A DNA stretch of 64,000 nucleotides, from the IMG/VR virus record IMGVR_UViG_3300028275_000006, positions 148,543 to 212,542 of that record; one strand, 5' to 3'. The position numbers and the translations under genes are program-made. This document shows positions 17,932 to 27,025 of the stretch, one piece after another. Below the pieces are notes generated by a model. The model saw only the letters and a program-made list of their open reading frames with translations, was not told the DNA's origin and did no database searches. How positions within the stretch are numbered: the first letter of the stretch is position 1; every line of letters begins with the position of its first letter.

Positions 17932-18378
17932 TTACTTAACTTCTTTCACTTCAATCTTACGTGGCAGAAGTGCTTCAGGAACAATGCGCTCGATTTGAAT
18001 TGTAAGCACACCATCCTTAATTTCTGCTGACTTGATTTCCATGTGTTCTGCTAGAGTAAATCTACGTTCGAAATCACGGAAAGCAAGACCTCTGTGTAAG
18101 TACTCAACTTGGTATTCGCCTTCGTTAGCATTGATTGCCTTCTCGCCGCGAATAGTTAATTGATCACCTTCCACTTCTACTGCAACTTCATCTTTACCGA
18201 ATCCTGCTACAGCAACAACTATATTATACTGGTTTTCTCCAGACTTTTCAATATTATATGGAGGATAGTTGTTCGAAATCTGATGTGCAAAGCGTGTTTC
18301 GAAAGTATCGAATAGATTGTCGAAACCGATTAATGCTCTGTTTAGAGCGGCTGTGTCAAAACGTGTTAATTGTGTCAT
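17932..18378 (-). CDS. small heat shock protein Hsp20 (IbpA-like)
   Basis: NYPPYNIEK, AVAGF, YLHRGLAFRDFERRFTLA, DGVLTI. Confidence 0.93.
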   Translation of the reverse strand: MTQLTRFDTAALNRALIGFDNLFDTFETRFAHQISNNYPPYNIEKSGENQYNIVVAVAGFGKDEVAVEVEGDQLTIRGEKAINANEGEYQVEYLHRGLAFRDFERRFTLAEHMEIKSAEIKDGVLTIQIERIVPEALLPRKIEVKEVK

Positions 18379-18435
18379 TTTATATCTCCTTTAATTAAGC
18401 AAGAATTTTAGTAGGGCCCCACCCGGGCACCCTAC
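18376..18435 (-). promoter_or_regulatory. ROSE-like RNA thermometer in the hsp20 5' UTR
   Basis: UCUUGCU-UAAUUAA-AGGAGA pairing SD with a bulged G; upstream GUAGGG/CCCUAC hairpin. Confidence 0.7.
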
Positions 18436-18444
18436 ATAACGAGT

Positions 18445-20310
18445 TTAGTTTGTTTCCTTAAACTCGGCATTGATTGCATCTTCCTGAACAGGTTCAAATG
18501 GCTTGTCCTGTTTGGCCTGTGCAATCGCTTGACTGGCCACTGCTAGTTCGCTAGTCTTTTGTACGATAGCGTCTTTGTCAGAACCTGTCAATTCTGTTTG
18601 AAGTGCTTTAACAGCATCTTCGATCTTTGTTTTATCTGTGTCTGAAAGTGTTGTTTCTTTCATGTCGTTTTCAACATTGTTGATCAACGCCTCGGCTGTG
18701 TTCCTAGCATCGATAAGTTCACGTGCCTTCTTATCTGATTCGGCATTAACTTCTGCATCACGAACCATTTGTTCGATCTGCTCTTTGCTTAGACCACTGT
18801 CACTCTTAATTGTGATTTGATTTTCTTTGCCGGTGTTTTTATCTTTAGCACTAATTTTCATAATGCCGTTAGCATCGATGTCAAATGTAACTTCAATCTG
18901 TGGAGTGCCACGACGTGCTGGAGCAATACCGTCTAACTTAAACTCACCCAGGAGTTTGTTGTATTGGAATAGTTCACGCTCGCCTTGTGCTACTTTGATA
19001 TCAACTGCTGGTTGATTATCTTCTGCTGTGCTAAACACTTGGCTAGCCTTAGTAGGTATAGTTGTGTTCTTTTGTACAAGTTTAGTAAACACACCTCCCA
19101 TAGTTTCAATGCCTAGTGACAATGGTGTTACGTCTAACAATAGAACGTCTGTACGATCACCTGCTAGTACTGAACCTTGAATAGCCGCACCAACTGCTAC
19201 TGCTTCGTCTGGGTTAACGTCTTTGCGTGGAGCCTTACCGAATAGTTTTTCAACTGCTTCTTGTACCTTGGGCATACGTGTTTGCCCACCAACAAGAATA
19301 ACTTCGTCAATTTCTGATGGAGTAACACCTGCATCCTTCATAGCAACCTTACATGGTTCGATACTACGTTGGATTAGTTCTTCTACCAATGCTTCTAACT
19401 TAGCACGAGTAATCTTAACATTCATGTGCTTAGGACCACTTGCGTCTGCTGTGATGTAAGGTAAGTTAACATCAGTGCTGGCACTGCTAGATAACTCAAT
19501 CTTGGCTTTTTCAGCGGCTTCTTTTAGACGTTGTAAGGCCAACATGTCTTTCTTAAGGTTCATGCCTGACTCTTTCTTAAACTCGTCGACCAAGTAGTCC
19601 ATAATACGTTGGTCAAAGTCTTCACCACCTAAGAATGTGTCGCCGTTAGTGCTTAGTACTTCGATTTGTTTTTCGCCATCCACGTTGGCAATTTCAATGA
19701 TCGATACATCGAAAGTACCACCACCAAGGTCATAAACAGCAACTTTGCGATCTGCTTTGTCGTTTTTATCAACACCATAAGCAAGAGCTGCCGCAGTAGG
19801 CTCGTTAATAATACGCAATACTTCCAAGCCTGCGATTTTTCCAGCATCCTTAGTTGCCTGTCTTTGGCTGTCATTAAAGTATGCGGGAACTGTGATAACT
19901 GCTTGAGTAACTTTTTCACCTAAATAATCCTCTGCTGTCTTTTTCATCTTACGCAGAACTTCAGCACTAATCTGCGGAGGTGCTAATTCTTTACCCTGTG
20001 CGCGAACCCATGCATCTCCATTCTTGGATTCCATGATTTCGTAAGGCATTAGGTCAATATCTTTTTGTACAGCCTGTTCTTTGAACTTACGTCCAATAAG
20101 ACGCTTGGCCGCATAGATTGTGTTTTTGGGATTTGTTACTGCTTGACGTTTAGCACTAGCACCTACAAGTACTTCGTCTGTAGAATAGGCAACAATACTA
20201 GGTGTAGTTCTTGCACCTTCGCTGTTTTCAATAACTTTGGAATTTCCTGACTCGATGACTGCTACGCATGAATTGGTAGTACCCAAGTCGATACCGATGA
20301 CTTTGCTCAT
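18445..20310 (-). CDS. dnaK: Hsp70 chaperone DnaK
   Basis: [47 protein letters not shown]. Confidence 0.98.
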   Translation of the reverse strand: MSKVIGIDLGTTNSCVAVIESGNSKVIENSEGARTTPSIVAYSTDEVLVGASAKRQAVTNPKNTIYAAKRLIGRKFKEQAVQKDIDLMPYEIMESKNGDAWVRAQGKELAPPQISAEVLRKMKKTAEDYLGEKVTQAVITVPAYFNDSQRQATKDAGKIAGLEVLRIINEPTAAALAYGVDKNDKADRKVAVYDLGGGTFDVSIIEIANVDGEKQIEVLSTNGDTFLGGEDFDQRIMDYLVDEFKKESGMNLKKDMLALQRLKEAAEKAKIELSSSASTDVNLPYITADASGPKHMNVKITRAKLEALVEELIQRSIEPCKVAMKDAGVTPSEIDEVILVGGQTRMPKVQEAVEKLFGKAPRKDVNPDEAVAVGAAIQGSVLAGDRTDVLLLDVTPLSLGIETMGGVFTKLVQKNTTIPTKASQVFSTAEDNQPAVDIKVAQGERELFQYNKLLGEFKLDGIAPARRGTPQIEVTFDIDANGIMKISAKDKNTGKENQITIKSDSGLSKEQIEQMVRDAEVNAESDKKARELIDARNTAEALINNVENDMKETTLSDTDKTKIEDAVKALQTELTGSDKDAIVQKTSELAVASQAIAQAKQDKPFEPVQEDAINAEFKETN

Positions 20311-20400
20311 AACATTTCTCCTTATAATTAAGCAAGATTTTAATTGTGGGCAACTGCCCGTTTCGTAAAACCCTATTGGCGTTCTACAAAATTATTTATA
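20308..20400 (-). promoter_or_regulatory. late promoter TATAAATA plus multi-hairpin ROSE-like leader of dnaK
   Basis: TATAAATA at 20393-20400; stems GUAGAAC/GUUUUAC and GGGC/GCCC; final UCUUGCU-UAAUUAUA-AGGAGA. Confidence 0.68.
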
Positions 20401-20685
20401 TCAGATTTTATCTAAATTTGGTATTTTAGACCATTTTTTTAACTTTTCGACTTTTGCCCTTTTTGCTTCGTGCAATTTGCCCCAACTGACTACTTCGTTG
20501 ATCATTAGTATATCAATCATAGCCAGCATATCCCCTAGTTCTTCTTCTAGGTGCTGTCGATTGGTCTGCTCTGTTCCGTGTTTAGCATTGTCTATGCCAA
20601 AACGCCTAATTTTACTTACTGCTTGAATAACTTCTGCACACTCTTCCTGCAGAATGTCCATAACTTCGTTATTTTGTTCGTCCAT
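20401..20685 (-). CDS. MazG-like NTP pyrophosphohydrolase
   Basis: ILQEECAEVIQA...LEEELGDMLAMI acidic helices. Confidence 0.8.
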   Translation of the reverse strand: MDEQNNEVMDILQEECAEVIQAVSKIRRFGIDNAKHGTEQTNRQHLEEELGDMLAMIDILMINEVVSWGKLHEAKRAKVEKLKKWSKIPNLDKI

Positions 20686-20687
20686 TT

Positions 20688-20921
20688 TTAATACATTTTT
20701 TTAGGTAGTTGTTGTTTACGCAGTTCTTTTTGCCAACGATTCTTAGCCGCAGACTTTGCTCGCTTACGAGCAGTTGTTGGCTTTTCATAGAACTCGCGAT
20801 CTCTTAGTTCCTGCAATAATCCGCTATCCTGTATTTTCTTTTTGAAACGGCGTAGAGCTCTTTCAACGGGTTCACCGTCTTTTACAGTAACTCCACTACC
20901 ACGTAGTTGTTTATCCCTCAT
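20688..20921 (-). CDS. rpsU: ribosomal protein bS21
   Basis: VTVKDGEPVERALRRFKKK, REFYEKPTTARKR. Confidence 0.93.
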   Translation of the reverse strand: MRDKQLRGSGVTVKDGEPVERALRRFKKKIQDSGLLQELRDREFYEKPTTARKRAKSAAKNRWQKELRKQQLPKKMY

Positions 20922-21303
20922 TATCTTCCTCTGTTAATTTTGGAAAGTCGTAAAAACGATTTTTATTTATTAAATCCCAAGGTGCTTGCATATTCGTGCA
21001 TCTATAGTATGTAGTAGGAATACTCAAAATGTAAGCAAAGAACTGGCTTATACTTACAGGACTATTATCCATATCTATAAGAATAGTGTCGACGGAATTG
21101 GCTACGCTGAGTAACCATGCTATGTTGTCTTCGTCGCCTGTGTACAGATATATGTTTAAGTGTTCACTACAGTCTAAAGCATATTCCTGTACAGCGTCTT
21201 TGAGTGTGTCGCTAGGAGTAATAACTAGCATTGTTTGACTTTGATCGTATATACGATCCGGAGCGGTTATGATTTTGATTTTCTTCTTTGTATTCTCTGC
21301 CAT
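20911..21303 (-). CDS. hypothetical protein
   Basis: ORF track, coupled to rpsU. Confidence 0.7.
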   Translation of the reverse strand: MAENTKKKIKIITAPDRIYDQSQTMLVITPSDTLKDAVQEYALDCSEHLNIYLYTGDEDNIAWLLSVANSVDTILIDMDNSPVSISQFFAYILSIPTTYYRCTNMQAPWDLINKNRFYDFPKLTEEDNEG

Positions 21304-21340
21304 AATGTCTCTGTGTCTTGTTCAGCGTTTTGGACGTAGG

Positions 21341-22708
21341 TTACTCCTTGGTCTTGGTCACTTGTTGATTCTGTTCCTTCACTATGTAGGTTGTCTTTTT
21401 TTTTGAACTGTCAGGTTCTATGACTTCTGTAAGATCGGGCTTGTATCTGTCTCCTGTTACTTCGGATATATAATCCCCAGGACGCTCGTCCAAAGTTTCC
21501 TTCCAAGGTAACTCTTCAATTACACCAGATTCTTTTAATTTTTCCTGATGCTTAATAGTGTCATCTGGATTCTGTTCCTTCCAAATGCGCTTGGCTTCTT
21601 TTTCTTTTTCAAGTTCGCGTTCTGCTTCTTCAATCATTTTATTCCATTGCTCTAGTCCAATGTCTTCAACAATGTCCTTTTCTTCTTCTGGAATATAAGA
21701 TCTAGCATGTTCTACTATTTCAGCATCTTCATCGTCGGCATCTTCTACTTGATAGTTTTGGATGTCTGCGTGTTTAGGATACATCCAACCAATTGGATGC
21801 GGATCAGCACTTTCTTTAATCTGTTCGACTTGCTCTTCGACTAATGGACCATCGTCTGCTTCGTATTTAGGTTCATTCTGTGCATCAATTGGAGTTGGCA
21901 CAATTGGCGCTGGCTCAGGTTCTTCCTCTTCTTGTTTCCTAAACCATTGGAAACTATATTGGCTAGCCAGCAACAAAATAACAGCCAATGGGTCAAATAC
22001 TATAACAATAATAATGATTACCCAGGTAACTGCTTTTTCTAAAATCGTTTCATTTGTCTCGCCATAGACAAACGATGCGATATACTTAATTGGACCAACT
22101 TCGGCTTCGACCTTGCGTACCTCGGCGGCAATAGGCGCACGGGCATCATTAAGTTCCGCGATAGACTTCTGCGACTGTGATATTTCTGCTTGAAGTCTAG
22201 CACGTTCTTTCTGCTGGGACTTACGCAAAGCCACAGCCTTGTCGGCACCTTTTTCATCTGCTGAGCGACCCAATACTTGGTCCACTCCTTCATCCATCTG
22301 TTTAAGTGCTTTACGGTTTGCTTCAATATTTTCTTTTTCGGTTTTGATCTTTTCATCATAGATAGCAATCTTACTTTGAACATCGCCGCTTACTAGACTT
22401 TGGTCACTGTGTGCTTTGGATAAGAAACCAAAAATACCCATAGAGGTAATAAGCATTAGTATAGCAATAGCGGATAATAGATAACCTCTAATAAAGTTAG
22501 GTGCCCTGGACCAATTTTGTTTTAGCCAAACAGTTGCGGCTAACTTACTAACTTCTAGGGCTACACCCATAACAATGATAGGAATAACAGCCGCAGAGAA
22601 AATGGCCATTAGGCCCGCTACGCTGTAATAAATGGCTACAGCGGATATGGTTAATCCGCTGAACAATGTTAGCCAAGCAATTAGTTTGTCACTAGTTTGA
22701 TATCGCAT
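21341..22708 (-). CDS. membrane protein: 3 TM, coiled coil, TM, acidic cytoplasmic tail
   Basis: Hydrophobic N-terminus, heptad-rich middle, FDPLAVILLLA, Glu-rich C-terminus. Confidence 0.75.
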   Translation of the reverse strand: MRYQTSDKLIAWLTLFSGLTISAVAIYYSVAGLMAIFSAAVIPIIVMGVALEVSKLAATVWLKQNWSRAPNFIRGYLLSAIAILMLITSMGIFGFLSKAHSDQSLVSGDVQSKIAIYDEKIKTEKENIEANRKALKQMDEGVDQVLGRSADEKGADKAVALRKSQQKERARLQAEISQSQKSIAELNDARAPIAAEVRKVEAEVGPIKYIASFVYGETNETILEKAVTWVIIIIVIVFDPLAVILLLASQYSFQWFRKQEEEEPEPAPIVPTPIDAQNEPKYEADDGPLVEEQVEQIKESADPHPIGWMYPKHADIQNYQVEDADDEDAEIVEHARSYIPEEEKDIVEDIGLEQWNKMIEEAERELEKEKEAKRIWKEQNPDDTIKHQEKLKESGVIEELPWKETLDERPGDYISEVTGDRYKPDLTEVIEPDSSKKKTTYIVKEQNQQVTKTKE

Positions 22709-22718
22709 AATCTATTAT

Positions 22719-23177
22719 TTATTGGCGAGCAAAAGTCCAAAACTGACTATCTAATGTATAGCAACCAACTTCTTCATATTCTCTACTTTTGCCTTGTTTA
22801 TAAACTAGAGTAATTAATTTACGGCATACACCGCCTTGAACATGCCAAGACAATACCGGTTTAATTTTACCCCACGATTCTTCTGTGTTGTTATACCACT
22901 CCATAACCTGTCCATCTGGTACAGATTCTAATGTTAGTATAACAGCATTTGTGTGTCTACGTCTATCTTCTTTACTCAATGCGCCATCCCAACTTTTAAT
23001 TAGGTTGGCAAAAACACTAACAGCACTTCCAGGATAATCGTAATCATTTCTCACACCTCCGGTTGCACTTAATGGAACACGGAGATCTGAAGCCTGACTA
23101 GTTTGACAGATTAGCAGGGTCAGAAATGTAAACGTAATGACCTTGACGATGTGTTTCGCAAACATAGTTTCTTCCAT
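22719..23177 (-). CDS. secreted protein similar to RT0821/17-kDa surface antigen C-terminal domain
   Basis: Signal peptide; WYN...GKIKPV...GVCR...EVGC. Confidence 0.55.
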   Translation of the reverse strand: MEETMFAKHIVKVITFTFLTLLICQTSQASDLRVPLSATGGVRNDYDYPGSAVSVFANLIKSWDGALSKEDRRRHTNAVILTLESVPDGQVMEWYNNTEESWGKIKPVLSWHVQGGVCRKLITLVYKQGKSREYEEVGCYTLDSQFWTFARQ

Positions 23178-23436
23178 ATTGTGTAACTACAGGACGACAA
23201 TTTTGATCTACGCCAATTCTTGCAGGAACATGACGTTCAATAAAATCATCGGAGCATCTTACAGTAGTTTTGCTAGACACATTGGCTCCATCGACTACTT
23301 CGATAGTTTTTGATGTGTTACAAAACTGTGCCGTTTTAGTAGGAGCAGAACTACAGCCCGAGAGTAGAGCAATAATCACAAACATTACAATTATTGCTAA
23401 CCACAGATAGTTCTTAACTGTATAAGGGTGTGTCAT
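23098..23436 (-). CDS. lipoprotein, Cys-rich
   Basis: Lipobox LLSGC; four further Cys. Confidence 0.7.
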   Translation of the reverse strand: MTHPYTVKNYLWLAIIVMFVIIALLSGCSSAPTKTAQFCNTSKTIEVVDGANVSSKTTVRCSDDFIERHVPARIGVDQNCRPVVTQYGRNYVCETHRQGHYVYISDPANLSN

Positions 23437-23900
23437 TACTGAGCCTTTGCCTTAAGACGATTGAAAGTATCTTCAGTCATTTTCAAACGAACATAAGTGT
23501 AATATTGTCCGTTTAACGAGTACTGATGTTTCTTAGACTCTAATTGATCTTGTATCAATTGGTTACCAGTAGATGTTTCTACTCGGGTCTGAGTAGCCTT
23601 TCGTTCGTCGATAATTTCTACTTTAGTCAAAGAATTGACTCGACTACCTAAGCGTTTGGCAAAGCCGTCTAATGCAAAGGCATCTGCTTGTGCTTCTGAT
23701 GCTTGCTGGTAACGACTTTCGCCCATACCGCAAGAATAGACATAACCCTCACGTGCCCAAAACCAGCCTTCTTTGCCTCGTTGTTCGCAATCAGCATACC
23801 AACTTGGGTGTGCCGCAGTTTTACGGACTTCAATTTCCTTCATGCTTGAACAAGCAGAAAGAATACTTACCATAGATATTGCCAAAAGTGCCTTTTTCAT
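23436..23900 (-). CDS. lipoprotein (LPP20-like)
   Basis: Lipobox ILSAC; PSWY, YSCGMGES, ASEAQADAFA. Confidence 0.7.
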   Translation of the reverse strand: MKKALLAISMVSILSACSSMKEIEVRKTAAHPSWYADCEQRGKEGWFWAREGYVYSCGMGESRYQQASEAQADAFALDGFAKRLGSRVNSLTKVEIIDERKATQTRVETSTGNQLIQDQLESKKHQYSLNGQYYTYVRLKMTEDTFNRLKAKAQ

Positions 23901-23941
23901 AATGTGCCTTTCTGTGTGTGAAACAATTTACGACAGTTAAA

Positions 23942-23970
23942 AGTATAACACCACCCGAAGGTGGTGTCAA
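23942..23970 (-). promoter_or_regulatory. sigma70 promoter whose spacer is a UUCG hairpin (overlapping terminator)
   Basis: TTGACA-CCACCTTCGGGTGGTGT(17)-TATACT; ACACCACC-TTCG-GGTGGTGT. Confidence 0.75.
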
Positions 23971-23987
23971 CTGGTTTGGTAATCGAA

Positions 23988-24290
23988 TTACTTAAAGAAT
24001 ATCAATGCCATTAAAACGGCTTGAACAATAAAACCAAAGCCAATTGTAACTACATTTAGCATATCCTTTTGGACAGCGGCTTTGACAAACAACAGCGCAA
24101 GTCCGGACCAAACTAACAGTACCAAATCAACTGCTGGTAGTCTATCTGTAAGTCCACTCATTACTGCTAACAAACTTGGAATGGTACTAGCGTGTAATAC
24201 AATGACTGCTAACCAACCAAATGTTTCTGCGGAAATTTGAGATACTTTGGTAGTAACAAACTCTTTGAGTTGATCAATATTATTAATCAT
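23988..24290 (-). CDS. small multi-pass membrane protein
   Basis: Three hydrophobic segments. Confidence 0.7.
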   Translation of the reverse strand: MINNIDQLKEFVTTKVSQISAETFGWLAVIVLHASTIPSLLAVMSGLTDRLPAVDLVLLVWSGLALLFVKAAVQKDMLNVVTIGFGFIVQAVLMALIFFK

Positions 24291-24856
24291 ATTTTGGTTT
24301 CCTTGCCTTTATAAAAAATGTGTTGTCCAATTTTGCCTATTTTTTCCAAATTCCATCTTGGGTTGACGTAGGAGGCATGATAGTATAAAGCATCTTTGAG
24401 AACGTCCAATCTGAAATTCTCAAGTAAAACCTTCTTAGCAACTTCGTAACTTTCATTATAAGCCTCCTTGTTTACAGGTTTAGTTTTTGCCGCAGAGTCA
24501 CATGCCCATGAAAATTGGCACACAACTTTTTCCATAATTACGTTCTTTTGGTAAACGACACCGCAGACATCTTGTCCAAATTTGCCTGATGCAACACGGT
24601 TCATTGTTACTTGGGCAACAGCAACCTTACCTTCGAATGGCTCATAACCTGCTTCGCGATAAATGTTGATTGCCAAACAATCTAATTGACGCTCTCGTGT
24701 CTTGATAGACACTACGTCCTGTGAGTATAGCCCGCCTCGTTCACGCAATGACTGAAACTTTGTAGTCGTTACAGTTTGAACCAAAACGGCAACCATAACT
24801 AATCCTAAAAAATAGGATACTAATCTAAATGACTTTTCCATAAGTCCTCCTTTCAC
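24287..24856 (-). CDS. cell wall hydrolase, SleB/Hydrolase_2 family (likely start 24841)
   Basis: CLAINIYREAGYEP, AVAQVTMNRV, VCGVVYQ, CQFSW, ALYYHA, IGQHIFY. Confidence 0.9.
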   Translation of the reverse strand: MKGGLMEKSFRLVSYFLGLVMVAVLVQTVTTTKFQSLRERGGLYSQDVVSIKTRERQLDCLAINIYREAGYEPFEGKVAVAQVTMNRVASGKFGQDVCGVVYQKNVIMEKVVCQFSWACDSAAKTKPVNKEAYNESYEVAKKVLLENFRLDVLKDALYYHASYVNPRWNLEKIGKIGQHIFYKGKETKI

Positions 24857-24859
24857 TTA

Positions 24860-25110
24860 GTGTTATTTTGGGCATAATATTGCACCGCAACAACATTACA
24901 TTAAGGGAGTTAACTTCACGAGGCTCAATTAAAGAACCCTGGGTTCGTGTAGTTGTCTCCATTGGACGCACAATCTCATAACTTGTGTGCCTTTGGCGAA
25001 CTTGACCGCCCGAATCTCACGGGTTTCCAATTGGCCAAGACTCGCAGGATTGTTTCTGCTTGTGACATACTTTAATCCAACTATCTTAGTTTCTTTGCGA
25101 AACGTACAAA
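24860..25110 (-). ncRNA. candidate structured leader RNA upstream of the cell wall hydrolase
   Basis: About 290-nt gap with several stems (GCAG/CTGC, CCCG/CGGG, GGCG/CGCC, GCACA/TGTGC, CACGA/TCGTG, GGAG..AACT/AGTT..CTCC). Confidence 0.45.
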
Positions 25111-25150
25111 TATATAGTTCATAATTCCAAAATCACTAGTTAAATAGGCC

Positions 25151-25552
25151 CTATCTTCTCATTTTGGAGATTTCTACGGCTTCTTCATTACTAAAAATTG
25201 GAACTGCATTACTCTTGTGCATAGTACCGATGCCTTTGATCATTGTGCCTGTATAAACTTTATCTGGTGCTTTTAAACAAGGACCGCCAGTAAATGGTAA
25301 ACTAGCAATCTTTGGTGTTTCTCTAACGAATGGCTTGTTGACTACCGGATTCATCGTCGGTGCCGCTAGTCCACGCTTACGTTTTTTATCTTCGGCTTCG
25401 ATGGCCCACTTCTTTTGAAGTGCCTTCCAACTTTCGTCTAACTCTCTAGCCTTTTTGGCATGTTCAGCAGAACGAAACTTTTGTTTGCCTTTCTTTTTGC
25501 CAGTGGTACTAAGCCACGGGCCTTCTAAGTGCATACTCAAAGTTACCTCCAA
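25151..25552 (-). CDS. conserved T4-like phage hypothetical protein
   Basis: C-terminal VYTGTMIKGIGTMHKSNAVP motif recalled from T4-like phages. Confidence 0.7.
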   Translation of the reverse strand: MEVTLSMHLEGPWLSTTGKKKGKQKFRSAEHAKKARELDESWKALQKKWAIEAEDKKRKRGLAAPTMNPVVNKPFVRETPKIASLPFTGGPCLKAPDKVYTGTMIKGIGTMHKSNAVPIFSNEEAVEISKMRR

Positions 25553-25571
25553 ATATTGTTACTATAGGATT

Positions 25572-25600
25572 ATTATATAACAACTTTTGGTAACTGTCAA
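25572..25600 (-). promoter_or_regulatory. consensus sigma70 promoter
   Basis: TTGACA-17-TATAAT. Confidence 0.8.
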
Positions 25601-25610
25601 GTGTTTTGGT

Positions 25611-25931
25611 TTATACTCGAAATGACTCGCCACAGCCACAACGGTCACGTTCATTTGGATTGGTAAAGTCAAATCCTTCGTTAAGACCTTTCTTTACCCA
25701 TTCAACTTGTACACCGTCCAGGTATGCTAGACTTTTTGGATCAACAAATACGTGTACACCGTGACTAACAAAACTCATATCTTCTTTTGTGGGCTCGTCA
25801 ACAAATTCAATCATATAAGCCATTCCACTACAGCCTGTAGTTTTAACACCTAATCGAATGCCTAGCCCTTTGCCCCTACGGTCTAGTGTAATCTTTACTC
25901 GCTCTGCGGCTTTCTCAGACAGTGATATCAT
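25611..25931 (-). CDS. iscA: A-type Fe-S carrier IscA
   Basis: [25 protein letters not shown]. Confidence 0.93.
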   Translation of the reverse strand: MISLSEKAAERVKITLDRRGKGLGIRLGVKTTGCSGMAYMIEFVDEPTKEDMSFVSHGVHVFVDPKSLAYLDGVQVEWVKKGLNEGFDFTNPNERDRCGCGESFRV

Positions 25932-26304
25932 TTTTTGCCTTGTAGTCTGCTACTGCGGCTTTGATAGCATCTTCCGCAAGAATTGAACAATGGATTTTAA
26001 CGGGTGGAAGTGCAAGTTCTTCGGCAATCGCGCTGTTCTTAATCTCTCCCGCTTGATCCAACGTTTTTCCTTTGAGCCACTCGGTGACCAACGATGAACT
26101 AGCAATAGCACTTCCGCATCCGTATGTCTTGAATTTCGCATCCTCAATAATGCCCTCGTTATTAACTTTAATTTGTAACTTCATCACGTCGCCGCAAGCA
26201 GGTGCTCCCACCATGCCTGTGCCAACGCCTTCCTCGTCTTTAGGGAAACTACCTACGTTGCGAGGATTTTCGTAGTGATCTATAACTCTATCGGAATAAG
26301 CCAT
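25915..26304 (-). CDS. iscU: Fe-S scaffold IscU
   Basis: [37 protein letters not shown]. Confidence 0.96.
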   Translation of the reverse strand: MAYSDRVIDHYENPRNVGSFPKDEEGVGTGMVGAPACGDVMKLQIKVNNEGIIEDAKFKTYGCGSAIASSSLVTEWLKGKTLDQAGEIKNSAIAEELALPPVKIHCSILAEDAIKAAVADYKAKNDITV

Positions 26305-26313
26305 TTAATCTCC

Positions 26314-26619
26314 TTAAACTGAAAACGAACTTCCACATCCACAAGTTGTTTGTGCATTTGGATTTTCAATATTAAAACTAGAGCCCATTAAGTCATCGAT
26401 AAAGTCGACTTTGGCTCCTTGCAAATAGTTCATGCTCATTGAATCTATTAATATTCTACCAAATTCAAAGTCGTCTTCTTCTTTGTTTTTTGCAAAATCG
26501 AACACGTAATTAAATCCCGAACATCCTCCACCTTCTATTGCAATTCTAAGGTATTTTTCTTTGCTTTCATCCAGCACCATTTGAATTTCTTTTTCAGCGG
26601 TTTCTGTTATTGTAATCAT
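26314..26619 (-). CDS. erpA: A-type Fe-S carrier ErpA/HesB family
   Basis: GGGCSGFNY, NPNAQTTCGCGSSF. Confidence 0.85.
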   Translation of the reverse strand: MITITETAEKEIQMVLDESKEKYLRIAIEGGGCSGFNYVFDFAKNKEEDDFEFGRILIDSMSMNYLQGAKVDFIDDLMGSSFNIENPNAQTTCGCGSSFSV

Positions 26620-26705
26620 GTCGTGTCTCCGTTGTAGTAATATTTATCGCACAATTATCGTAGTTTAGTATTATTTTTGGTAGTTGTCAACCGATAAATA
26701 TGAAT

Positions 26706-27023
26706 ATGCCAGCACTAGCAAGATTAACAGATTTGGGAGAAGGAAAATGTCCTTTGCACTCCCCTAGCCCACCGGTAGATTATACTACCACACACATTGC
26801 CGGATGCAGTACTGTGTTTACAAACAACCTAGCACAACTAGTAGCCACTAGAGATCCTGGCGAACAATCCTGCGGACATACTAGCCAAACACTTACTGGA
26901 TCTGCTACTGTGTTTGCAGAAAACTTGCCTGTGCATCGTATTGGAGATACAGGCCTTGGACAAGGCGGAGATACATATACAACTATCACCGGAAGTTCTA
27001 ATGTGTTTAATGACGGAGCGTAA
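26706..27023 (+). CDS. PAAR-repeat spike tip protein (T4 gp5.4-like); likely start 26706
   Basis: PALARLTD, GCSTVFTN, CGH, GSATVFAENLPVHRIGD, GSSNVF. Confidence 0.85.
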   Translation: MPALARLTDLGEGKCPLHSPSPPVDYTTTHIAGCSTVFTNNLAQLVATRDPGEQSCGHTSQTLTGSATVFAENLPVHRIGDTGLGQGGDTYTTITGSSNVFNDGA

Positions 27024-27025
27024 CA

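Noticed and set aside
24900-24965. Definite c-di-AMP (ydaO) riboswitch
   Set aside because: Only one helix resembles it; GCUGAA and GGGG/CCCG elements not found; kept as an unassigned structured RNA
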